A stretch of 64,000 nucleotides of DNA from Naegleria gruberi (taxonomy: Eukaryota): NCBI GenBank assembly GCA_000004985.1, contig GG738846.1; one strand, given 5' to 3'. The position numbers were made by a program, and so were the translations under genes. Positions 24,301-34,748 of the stretch are shown piece by piece; position 1 is the stretch's first letter; every line of letters starts with the position of its first letter. A model generated the notes under the pieces. That model saw only the letters and a list, made by a program, of their open reading frames with translations. It ran no database searches and was not told the DNA's origin.

Positions 24301-27295
24301 CTTTATTGAGCCTGCATTAAGAATGCTTTCAGAGACAGGTAAATTACTACCAACTCTAACAAGCGAAACAAGTGAAGTGTTTGTTAGAATAATTGAAATA
24401 ATTAAGAGCTTGATTAAGGATAGAAGATATAATGATGTTTTGGATTATATTGAATCTGATACAATTGCAACAACAAAACTCAAGACAACTCAAAAAATGG
24501 AAATTTTGAGGTTGAGAGGGGAAGTATATTCAATTTGTGGTCGTTATGATGAAAGTTACCAAACATATGCTCAATCTGTTTCCTACTTCCCTCAAGAACC
24601 AAAATATACCTCTTCAATTACAACAACACCATCATGGGGTAAAAGTTTCTTCAAGTGGGCACTAGTTTTAGACAAGTTATTTGTTGAAAAATGGAATTCA
24701 CCAAATAGACATCAAAGAACCAAACAAAATTCTACAAAACATCCAACTCTCTCAATGACTGCTTTGGAATTTGCTGAAAATTGTATTGCTGCCTATTTGT
24801 TGGCAATTAAATATTCTGGAGGTGCCACTAATCACCAAAGTATTCAGGCCTCAGGTGCTACAGTTAGACAGTATATTGGACGTGTATTGTGGTTATTATC
24901 ATTTGATGAAGCTCTACCAACAGAAAAATCAAAAGCAACTCAAGAAGCTGTTTATCCACTTCAAAAAGTTGCTGAAAAGACTATTGGTGACATTCCTGCA
25001 TGGATGTGGATTCCTTGGCATCAACAATTATTCTCCATGCTACATCGTCGTGACTGTGAAGCCAACATTGCCAAACAATTGTTGAAAGCCATTCTCCTCA
25101 ACTTCCCTCAGTCTTCATTCCATACATTTAGAAGCTTTGTTCATGATTTGAGAGAACTGTTATCTTCTATTACTAAGAAGGTATCCACTAAATCTGATAC
25201 CGGGGATGCTACAGCACCTGCTACTCTAAGAAGTAATAACTCTAATATTCATGTTTCTATCAAGACTAGTGCTGAATCGTCTCAAAATCATAATCAATTC
25301 TATCACGATTTCTTCAAAAAAGTGAGAAGTCGTCTTGATGAAATTATGCAAGAAGGTAATAAGCAATTATTTAATGATTTGGAATCAATGTACAAAGAGT
25401 TGACAAAATACAAGTCTGAACCTGAAGAAGAATTAGCCAAATCATTTGAATTAATGTTAGAAATAGCCTTCGGATTTAATATTTATTCAAATCAAGATGC
25501 CATGATTCTTGATGATGAGACCCATTTCATTCCTCCTATATTGATAGAGTATTCAAAGAGAATTATTGAATGTTACTTTGGTGATATTATTCAACCTGGA
25601 ACTGTTCCACAACAACCCCAACCACAACAAGCAAAGACTTCCTTCTTATCAGAATATCAAAGTGAAATTGTAGCTGATATTCTACCAAGAAAAGAAAGAC
25701 TTGAATATGCCAAGACTTTGAAATATGTAGCTAAAACTATAACTAATCTTGGTCCAAGAACAATAATAGAGCTTGTAAATAACTTGAAGAAATGGATTGG
25801 TGTTATTCAAAAGAAGAAAATCAATTTGATTCCAACTATTATTGGTATTGAAACTCAAAAAGCTAAATTAATGGAACACAAATCTTATCCTGATATTGAA
25901 ATTCCAGGACAATATGAACTCACTAGTGATAGGGAACCATTCGCTGAAAGGCATGAAAGAATTCTTTGTCTTCTTCCGTCAATATCTATGAAGAATAAGA
26001 AGAATAGAGAAACTGGTAGAAGTATTTCTTTGAGAAGTGTTTCAGGAAAGATCTTTAAATTCTTTATTCAATCAACCTCTTCTGTTGATGATACTACTCT
26101 CAAGACAGAAGAAAAAATGGCCTCTCTCATTAGACATATTAACAGATTGTTAGATAAGGATAAAACTGCAAAGAGTCATAACAATGTTCACTTGGAATAT
26201 CCTATAATCATTACCGCCAATCAAAGAATTAGATTTATTCGTGAAGATTATGATTATATTTCCTTGGATGAAATATATCATGATTATTGTGAATCCATGG
26301 CTAAATCCATTGATACTCCAATACTTAAATATTGGCAAGAAATGAATAAGGCATGTTCTGAGCACCAAAATGAGCTTGAAACAAAATTGAATGTATTTAA
26401 CACCATTCTTGAATCTAGAGGAAATGATGATTTATCTCTAAAAATTCCTGATACAATAATGCTCAACTACTTTAGAGGTATTTGTCCAAGTTGGAGTGAA
26501 TTTTACAAGATTCGAAAGACATTTGGTGGCCAATTGGGTATTTATAATGTGTTGAATTATTTACTACATACCAAGGATAGGCAACCATATAAGATTCTCA
26601 TTGCAAAGAATAGTGGTAATCTTTTCCAATTCGATTTAAGACCTAATATTCAAAAATCTACTGGTTTAATTGTTAGGGATGACCCAACACCTTTTAGACT
26701 TACTAGAAATATGATTCAATTCCTCTCTCAATTTGGTGTTGAAGGCTACTTGTTGAATTCAATGTCTTCTGTTGCTTGTTCCCTTTCTGATAACAAGGAT
26801 GTTTTCGAATCTCTTATTCAATTATTTATTAGAGACGAACTCATCTCTTATCATAACTTTAATGTAGATTTACTCAATAATGAGAGTAGCACTCCAATGG
26901 GAGAAAACCGTTTCTGTTTCAATGATGACCTTGTTAAGGGTTGCGTTCAACAAAACCTAGATTCAATTATGGGATTAGTTGCTGAAATGGCTCCACCAAT
27001 TCCACAAAATTTGACTTGTAATCCACCACAAGTTCTTCCAGCAAAGAAGAAGTCCAAGAAGGAGTCCGTATCTTCAGACACTATTGATAATATTTCTGCT
27101 GCTTCTCCAAGTGTTACAACACCATCTACTCCATCTTCTTTCATATCAACTCCAACGATTTCAGCGAGCTCCCAACCTGTTTCTAATATTTTAGACTTGC
27201 CACCCCTCAATAGCAAGGTCTATGAACTCATTCAACAAGCTTCACAACCTGAAAGATTATGTTTGAAAGATCCAAGTTATTATGCATGGTTCTAA
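15339..27295 (+). CDS. TRRAP: Tra1/TRRAP (SAGA/NuA4 scaffold, PIKK family), three exons: join(15339..15447,15528..15739,15782..27295)
   Basis: The 3,806-aa main ORF covers the HEAT/FAT region, a catalytically dead PI3K-like region and a FATC tail (...DPSYYAWF). Two tiny 5' introns (80 nt GTATGT..aaatag; 42 nt GTTAGT..taatag) add two upstream exons. These encode MSDHLSSHH...ESLRRSN and DIINLTKVLTELRDILESASLSECFEFSSILLRPLVEFLNEGTTPKFKKDDKEHLLRQVIIEIIQKLPHTE, which are Tra1 N-terminal homology. The track's 15875 start is a GTG. Confidence 0.9.
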
Positions 27296-27505
27296 GTAAA
27301 TAAAATCAATAAATGATTATGTTGCATGATTCAAATAATTGACTCGGAAATTTTCAAAATATTGAAGTATCAACTAATAGTCAACTCATCCAGTCAATTA
27401 TGATCATCCTAACAAGTTTGAGCCGCATCATTCAAGTCGGACTTTTGTTTCAAGTATTAATGGTACAAATAAGAGTCCGAACACCAAAAACCCAATAAAA
27501 AAAAC

Positions 27506-29597
27506 ATGATGCACACCACTACTCCTTGCAAAAGCATGATACTGGATACAAGCGCCTTGTTTACTATCATGCATTATAAATCAGAGAAAGTACACATTCT
27601 CAAAACTCCACAAGAAATTGCAGAACAAGTTTCCGATAAAATAATTCAAACAATCAATTCCAATAATTTGAAAGGAAAACCAACAGTATTGTGTCTACCA
27701 ACTGGTAGTACTCCAATTCTTACCTACAAAGCCCTTGTAGAAAAGTATAAGAAGGGATTGGTATCATTTGAAAATGTTATAACTTTTAATTTGGATGAAT
27801 ATTATCCAATGGAATCAACCCACAAACAATCCTATCATTACTTTATGAATGAAAATTTATTTTCCCATATTAATATCAAGAAGGAAAATATCCATATTCC
27901 AGATGGTCAACTCCCAATCGAAAAAGTTGCTCAATTTTGTGAAGATTATGAAAATGAGATTCAGCAATTAGGAGGTTTTGATTTGGCTATTTTGGTATGT
28001 TTTTACAATTATCATTACTTCTCATTTTAATCAATTTTATATTAAATACCTTCTTAAATAGGGAATTGGAAGAACTGGTCACATTGGTTTCAATGAACCT
28101 GGTAGTCATTTAACAGATGGTACTAGAATGGTCCTATTAGATCAAAAAACCAGACTTGATGCAGCTTCCTCATTCAAAGGAATTCAAAATGTTCCAACCA
28201 GAGCAATCACACAAGGTATTAGTACTATTCTCAATTCAAAAGAAATTCTTCTCCTTGCAACTGGTGAATCCAAATCTGAAATTATCAAAAAGGCTATGGA
28301 AGACAAATTTGAAGATCCAACAGAATGTCCAGCAACATTTTTACGAGTTCATCCAAATACTCACTATTATTTGGATATTGCTGCTAGTAATTTATTGAAA
28401 ATTGTTAAAACTCCATGGTTGGTAGATCGTAATTTTAATGATTGGTCATTCGAATGGAAAAAGAAGGCTGTTGTTAATTTGGCAAAAGAAACTCGAAAGG
28501 GAATTTGTGAATTGAGTGCTGAAGATTTCTCAAAACATGGGCTCACCAGTTTATTATCTCATGAAAAGTATAACACTGACAAGTTGTGCTTCTCAATTTT
28601 CCAAGATTTAATGAAGAGAATTGCCTTTGCTACTGAAAAATCTGACATTGTTCCTGATAACATCAACGATCCAGTTCTCATCTTTTCTCCTCATCCAGAT
28701 GATGATGTCATTTCTATGGGTGCAATGATGCATTGTATTATTTCTAGAAGAAAGGAGCAATTACCACCAGAACAAAGGGATCAAACTGACATTAATGTCA
28801 AAGTTTGTTACATGACTAATGGATCAGTTGCTGTACATGAAAACAATGTAAAGAATCATTTAAGATTCAGCTCTCTAACAAGTGAAACACTTGGAAAGGA
28901 TTTTATTAACAATCAAGATATTTCTCAAATTTTGGAAAAGAAGGATAAGAATGACCCAGATAGTGAACTGGTACAAAAGTTGAAGGCAAATATCAGAAAA
29001 GCTGAAGCTATGGATGCAGTTGATGTGTTGTAAGTACTTCTTTAATCGATTCAATTCTTAATCTTTTTTAGAGGATTGCACGGAGAAAGAGATTGCATAT
29101 TCCTTGATCTTCCTTTTTATAGAACTGGAAAAGTACAAAAGAAGCCACTTGGACAGGAAGATGTAGATATGGTCAAAGACTTAATTACACAAAGAAAACC
29201 AAAACATATCTTTATTGCTGCAGATTTGTCCGATCCTAATGGAACACATCGTGTGGTTTATAGAGCTATCAAGATGGCTCTTGAACAATTGGCAGATCAA
29301 GTTAGTGACGTGTTGTGTTGGCTTTACAGAGGAGCTTGGCAAGAATGGGATATTGAGGAAGCAACCTATTTCATTCCATTTACAAAATATCAAATGGATT
29401 TGAAGATTGATGCCATTTACAAACATCAATCCCAAAAAGATAGAGCACTCTATCCAGGTGATGATGCTCGTGAATTTTGGCAAAGAGCAAAGGATAGAAA
29501 TACTGAAACAGCTGTCACTTTAGGTAATTTAGGGTTGCCAAAATTTTGTGGTGTGGAAGCCTATGTTACTGTTAAACCATCACAAATTCCAGAATAA
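27506..29597 (+). CDS. Fusion protein of glucosamine-6-phosphate deaminase/isomerase (NagB) and a C-terminal LmbE/PIG-L-family de-N-acetylase domain, three exons: join(27506..27994,28062..29029,29072..29597), about 660 aa
   Basis: The N-terminal domain reads LCLPTGSTP...TFNLDEYYP...SYHYFMNENLFSHINI...GGFDLAIL. After a 67-nt GTATGT..aaatag intron it continues GIGRTGHIGFNEPGSHL.... These are canonical GlcN6P deaminase motifs. The C-terminal half carries the PIG-L signature VLIFSPHPDDDVISMGAMMH. A 42-nt GTAAGT..tttag intron is placed by phase; it then continues into the second part of the LmbE domain. Confidence 0.85.
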
Positions 29598-29756
29598 AGC
29601 TCAAATAAACTGAACTCAAATATTCAGATCTTTTCAAAAATTTAAGAAAAAATATTATAAATTTATTCACATTAAGGTGAGAAAAGGAAGCCTTCACTAA
29701 GGTATTAAATCATTAAATAGCAGCTACCAAAACACCTGGTAAAACTATTTGGCTAA

Positions 29757-31340
29757 TTATTTCTTGTTAGCAACAACAGATACCCAAGAAACTGGTTGAT
29801 CAGTTGAAGTGGTTGGAGCTAGTACTGGAGTAGCGTTGGTTACATTAATGGATGGAGCTGATGATTCAGTTGTAGCAACATTGGTTTTTGATTGTTGTTT
29901 TGGCTCTTTGGTTTCCTTAGTTTCGGATTTTTGAGGCTTGCTATAATGAGGCTTTTGATGTGTAAGAGTATGAGCTGGAGCATTGCTTCCTCTTCTTTTC
30001 CTTGACTTGGCAAAGAAATGAGAAGTGGATGGGGTATCAGGTGTCTTGATGTCCTTAGCTGTTATAGCAGCTTCAGCGAATGAAGACTTTGGAATCAACA
30101 AGTTGGTTGGCTTAACTGATTGGACAGATGGTGTGGTTCCTTCCTTTTCAGTTTCGAGTGGGAGAGTTTGATTGGCAAGTTGACTCTTATCCATTTGAGG
30201 TTTGTGTAACTCTAAATCCTTTTTAGGTTCCTTCAAAATTGCTATACATTCAGTTCCGTTCAAAATTTCTGGTTTGGTATCGTGTTCACCCTTTTCTTGT
30301 TGTTCCATATAAACACTCATAACAGTTTGCTTACTATAACGCAAGAACTTTTGATTTCCGTATCCAGCTTGTTCAGTTTCATTCATCTTTGGAAGTGGAG
30401 GGAAACTCTTTGTGCTACTCAAGTTCAACATATCTTTACGTGGTCTAGTTTGTTTACTAACATTACTAGCTTGGCTGTTTCTACTACCACTGTTGCTTCT
30501 AGTTCTTCCTCCTCGTTGACTAGTTCCCCTATTGTTGTTGTTGTTGTTGTTATTATTGTTTCTATTGCCATTTTGAGAGGATTGAGGTGTAGTAGTGGCG
30601 GAAGTTGAAGGAGAAGTTTGTTGTTGTTTGTTGAAACTTCTTTCCTTTGGTTGTTGGCTTCCATTATTTTGATTTGTTCTATTGTTGTTATTGAATTTTC
30701 TATTTCCTCTATTGTTATTGTAAGAGTATTGATAACCATTTTGTGGAGTTTGTGGAGTTGGAGTAGTACCAACAGTCTTTAACAAGCTTTCAGTTTTAAT
30801 TCTTGCCTGTATTGGTTTTTCATCCCATTGTTGAGTCTTTAAGTGTTGAACAGCTTCAATGGTTTTTTCTTCTGTTTCAAATGAAGTGAACCATGTATTT
30901 CCAATGTCGCTATGGATATTAACAGGTTGGTTATCATGAGAGAAAAGTTTAAGGATTTCTTCTTTTGGAACATTTTGAGAAATGTCTCGGATAATGACTG
31001 TATTTCTCTTCAAGACAATGTTTGGTTTGAGTTTCTTGTTTGCTGCATCAAGAATAACCTGATTCGAGTTCTTTACAGCCTCACAAATCAAATCCAAGTC
31101 GTTAGTGAGGGTTTTAATCATTTTGAAATTAGCAATGACAGAAACTGGGACAAAGAGGTCATGACTCATTTGGGAAACCAAATAGTGGTCAGTAGAGAGG
31201 TTTTGACGAGAAAAGTAGTATTCAACTTGTTTACAAATGGCTTCTTTCAACTCATCTCTAGTTAATTGTTTCTTTTCAGTTGTTTGCTCAACATTTTCAG
31301 TAGCTGGTGTTGCTTGGGTGGATTCGCTTTGTTGACTCAT
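29757..31340 (-). CDS. La-related protein (La motif plus RRM-like domain; LARP4/LARP6-like)
   Basis: 527 aa. The La motif reads LKEAICKQVEYYFSRQNLSTDHYLVSQM...PVSVIANFKMIKTL. An RRM-like segment (NTVIIRDISQNVPKEEILKLF) follows, then an Asn/Gln/Ser-rich tail with a poly-N tract. Confidence 0.7.
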   Translation of the reverse strand: MSQQSESTQATPATENVEQTTEKKQLTRDELKEAICKQVEYYFSRQNLSTDHYLVSQMSHDLFVPVSVIANFKMIKTLTNDLDLICEAVKNSNQVILDAANKKLKPNIVLKRNTVIIRDISQNVPKEEILKLFSHDNQPVNIHSDIGNTWFTSFETEEKTIEAVQHLKTQQWDEKPIQARIKTESLLKTVGTTPTPQTPQNGYQYSYNNNRGNRKFNNNNRTNQNNGSQQPKERSFNKQQQTSPSTSATTTPQSSQNGNRNNNNNNNNNNRGTSQRGGRTRSNSGSRNSQASNVSKQTRPRKDMLNLSSTKSFPPLPKMNETEQAGYGNQKFLRYSKQTVMSVYMEQQEKGEHDTKPEILNGTECIAILKEPKKDLELHKPQMDKSQLANQTLPLETEKEGTTPSVQSVKPTNLLIPKSSFAEAAITAKDIKTPDTPSTSHFFAKSRKRRGSNAPAHTLTHQKPHYSKPQKSETKETKEPKQQSKTNVATTESSAPSINVTNATPVLAPTTSTDQPVSWVSVVANKK

Positions 31341-31874
31341 GATGTTGCTCTGTGTGTTTAGAATTCCCTTTTAAAGTCGAGAATAATGATAATGATGTTG
31401 TTTTTAAAAAACTCAAAGAGTAATTTGCTCTCCGTAAAAGAATTTGTGCTTTTTAGAAGGAGAGAATGTTGTTTGCTTGCTGTGTCTAACAAGTTAGCCT
31501 GCTGATGAGAGATGCAACAAGAGGGAAAAGTATATTTTTTTTGCGTTCTTCTCTCGGAAAACAGAGATGCAAGCTTTTGTTGTTGGCAAGCCTTTGGTTG
31601 AGTCGGCAGAGGTTCAGAGTGAAAAGGCTTTACAAAATAATGTTGTTTATCACTGTGGGGAAGATATCTTTGCATTTCCATAGTAGAGATAATCACCTTG
31701 TTCTCTTCTAATTGCAACTAAACTACTAAATCTAATTGTTTTACTTTGAGAGAAGAGAATCAATATTCTTCATGAAGTAGTGTTGTCGTGAATCCATTTT
31801 AGAGGCTACTGGTTATTGTACATGTTATCTCAAAGTGGATAATGAAATTAGGTAATGCAAACTAGAATCATTTA

Positions 31875-33026
31875 TTAATTTCCTTCTTCTCCAATAATTT
31901 CACCTAACGATGGTTCATCGCTGTACAATGCTGATGATGTTGTAGGATTAAAAAAACCTATGTTAATATCCAAAGTTTGAGTCTTTTTAGATAATTCATT
32001 CGTTTCCTCGTTTGAAACAATTGAATAGGTTTGTGAATTAATTGGAGGTGTAGAAATTTCCTTAATTTCTACTACATTTGTAACGGAAACTATTTCTTCC
32101 TTATTATTTCTTATTGACTGGTTGATTTGAGTAATTTCTTGTTGTTTCATATCATGAGAACTATTGAGGTGATTAACAAATACGTATTCAGAATCTATAG
32201 GATCACTTAATTTCTCGAGAGCTATCTCACCACCATTTAACATATTGTGATGTTCAGATTGAGTCTCCATAAATTGTGAAGGTGGAGGAATGATATGCAA
32301 ATAACCAGTTCCTAATTCTATCCCTAAATGTCCACCATCACTCATGTTCACAACTACATGTCTAAATGAATCTGTTTTCCAATTATAAACAAATAAAGAC
32401 AAATAAATAGATGATGCTGAAATGCCTTGATAATGGCTCAATAATTCTGTTAGTTCATTTGGCTCAGAGAATAGTCTATTATCATAACCAACAATATAAT
32501 CAGTTCCGTCAGAAGATATAGAGGCTCTTTCTGCTGGTGAATCAGGTTTAACTCCAATAACATGCCAAACACAATTCAAAGCATTTTTTACCGATTCATA
32601 CCTAATAGAACATCCTAAATGCATTGCACTTTTTGATTGCTTTAATTTTTCCAAATCATCACTTGTACTATTATTGTGTTCCTCGTTTTGTTGCTGATCA
32701 TGAGGTTCTATCCAATCCGATCTAGGAATTACTGTTACTAGTCTTTGTTTCATTGTCTTTAGGCTATATACATTCATTTTGAGGGGTTGATTCAAACTTC
32801 TGGAAATCTTTTGGGGTTGAAATGATCATTACCTTCGGAATGAATCACTTACATAAGTTAAAAAAAATTGTCTATTCTCCTGTGTAAGATCAATATCGTC
32901 CATAGAGAGAATGAAATCAAAATATGGGCAAAGTCCAGCTTTTTCTGCAGGGGAATGGTGAGTTACCGAAATAACTTGGTAACCAAAAATATTTTCAGTT
33001 GGAATAGAAGAGTCGACATTGCCCAT
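31875..33026 (-). CDS. GRASP (Golgi reassembly-stacking protein) homolog, two exons: join(31875..32807,32853..33026) on the minus strand
   Basis: Exon 1 encodes MGNVDSSIPTENIFGYQVISVTHHSPAEKAGLCPYFDFILSMDD... (N-myristoylation MG; PDZ-like GRASP domain; compare GRASP65 [35 protein letters not shown]). Exon 2 encodes ...QPLKMNVYSLKTMKQRLVTVIPRSDW...LGCSIRY...HVIGVKPDSPAE...GTGYLHIIPPP. I placed a 45-nt intron (TAT|GTAAGT..ccaaaag). An alternative 33-nt intron (CGAAG|GTAATG..ttccag) would add six residues. Confidence 0.7.
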
Positions 33027-33123
33027 TTTTTTTAATTTAATTTATTAATATAATTGATCATTCTAATTTATTTACTATCAACTCTATCAAGAGTTGTTTC
33101 AGACAAATATAACGAATATATTA

Positions 33124-33609
33124 TTATTGACAGCTACCTCCAGTACAAGATGGACAATTATTACTGAGCTTGGTTAAATCAACAGACATTCCACTCCTTC
33201 CAATGATATTTAAATTATTGATTTGTGTAGTATTAGCACCAAAGTTATTTGTGACAAATAGTGTTAGCACACTTATATTCTTAAATTTGGCAATTTTTAG
33301 AGGAATGGCAACTTCCTTAACACATTGTTCTGGATCCATTTCAATCACTTGCGTAGGTTCATTGGAATCAACGTTATCAAAATCTATTGAAACGCCATTC
33401 TTGTTTGTAAAGACTAAAATTTCTCTTGGGCATTTCAACCTGTCAAGGCATTTGATTATCAAGCAGGTTATATCTACATTACTAATGAATGGAATTCGAA
33501 TGATAAGTTGCTCATCAACATCAGATTCTAAAAATTTTCTATCACTCAATTCGAATATATTTTGTACAATATTTGGTTTCTTTTGATTTAAACATTCAAT
33601 TGATTTCAT
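33124..33609 (-). CDS. PITHD1: PITH-domain protein (PITHD1-like)
   Basis: MKSIECLNQKKPN...FLESDVDEQLIIRIPFISNVDITCLIIK...FGANTTQINNLNIIGRSG aligns with the PITHD1 segments LQCLNES...ESDADEELLFNIPFTGNVKLKGIII...FGADTTKVFYIGLRG. The track's 33627 start is a GTG; the first ATG is at 33609. Confidence 0.7.
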   Translation of the reverse strand: MKSIECLNQKKPNIVQNIFELSDRKFLESDVDEQLIIRIPFISNVDITCLIIKCLDRLKCPREILVFTNKNGVSIDFDNVDSNEPTQVIEMDPEQCVKEVAIPLKIAKFKNISVLTLFVTNNFGANTTQINNLNIIGRSGMSVDLTKLSNNCPSCTGGSCQ

Positions 33610-33709
33610 ATTTACAATGTTATTCACACTGGTAAAGATATTTTGATTTTCATGTTTTTCAATATTAGAATTATCAAAAAATTGTTTAACCTTTCCACCA
33701 TCAAACGAA

Positions 33710-34265
33710 TTAAGAAATATTGAAACTTACCTGTGCTTGGTCAATTAAACTTTGCTCGGTTTTCTTTGGTAAGAAATTGCTGAAAAAGCTACCAACACTG
33801 GAAGTTCTATTTACCCAAGAAGGAATGTTGGCACCAACCAGTATTTTACATAATTCATTTGAAAAATGATTACAATTTTTCCTTAGAGGATGATATTCTG
33901 ATGGTTTGAAGCTTGTTTTCAATTGATTAATAATATTATTCAATTCCAAAATCGTTGTATACTCTGTATTTCCCATAAAAATTGATTGCATAAAGGTTGC
34001 TCCATTCGGATATTTTGGTTTATGTGATACAACTCCTGCAGTAGTAACCAAAATATTTTCAAAGAGTGAGTTGATTTACCAATTATTGCTTACCTTCAGA
34101 AGAGAACATGTATTCCGTATTTCTAATCTCTACACCGGAATGGTAGGTTCCCAAACCAACAGAATTTTGTAAACCAGAGAAAAACCCTTGTTGTTTTTGA
34201 AGATCATAAACGTTCAAATACACCTTTAAACCCTCTTCCGAAGAGATCTTTTTGTTTTGAAGCAT
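33710..34265 (-). CDS. DESI2: PPPDE/DeSI-family deSUMOylating isopeptidase (DESI2-like), two exons: join(33710..34035,34094..34265) on the minus strand
   Basis: Exon 1 encodes ...VYLNVYDL...GLGTYHSGVEIRNTEYMFSSEG, ending at the donor G|GTAAGC. The 58-nt intron ends ...ctgcag. Exon 2 encodes VVSHKPKYPNGATF...YHPLRKNCNHFSNELCKILVGANIPSWVNR (PPPDE catalytic H...C dyad; NCNHFS and IPxWVNR motifs). Confidence 0.75.
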
Positions 34266-34748
34266 TTTTTTAAAATGTTATTGTAATAAGATCATATGAA
34301 TGGATATTGACAATTCCAATCTTAATCAATTTTTATATTGATAATAATTACAATACAGCTCAATTCCAGAGGAGCAATTCAATTTGTCTAATAGATGGTT
34401 TGAAGCTTTATTAATTTGGTGTAATTCGGGGTGAGAGGAAACCGAAGCAAAATTGGCGGGAATTTTATTCTGCATATTCGTTGGAACCTGACAGCACAAA
34501 ATCGTGGTAAAAAACGCTTTCACATTTTCATTTTACTCAACAAAAAACTTGCCAACACTGCTGCTTACGTAAGTCTCTTGTTTAAAACAATGTAAAGTAA
34601 CACCTCTTCTTGCTGTTTATGTTTGATTATTTACACGAATAATTCTCCGTGTGGAATGAACTATTTCAAAACATTTATCACCCAATTTTATTATTATCTA
34701 ATGCGTTCATCATGATTGGTGTGAAACTTTATAATTTGACGAATAGAC

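Noticed and set aside
15940-26466. Several 60-115-aa minus-strand ORFs inside Tra1 (for example 15940-16287, 18968-19270, 20629-20868, 22666-22950, 26150-26466)
   Set aside because: They are antisense to a continuous 3,806-codon sense ORF with strong homology. No independent features.
31358-31717. 119-aa minus-strand ORF and 68-aa plus-strand ORF in the LARP upstream spacer
   Set aside because: No recognisable domains. They overlap each other on opposite strands. They are more plausibly part of a 5' leader or uORF region, which I report as a finding rather than a CDS.
32800-32832. Alternative 33-nt intron (GTAATG..ttccag) for the GRASP gene
   Set aside because: It is phase-compatible. It is shorter than every other intron in the window and uses a weaker donor than the GTAAGT alternative that I adopted.
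33716-33727. CAG|GTAAGT inside the last codons of DESI2 as a possible donor to a further 3' exon
   Set aside because: The DESI2 alignment is already complete at this point. No in-phase downstream exon with homology was found before the PITHD1 gene 82 bp away.
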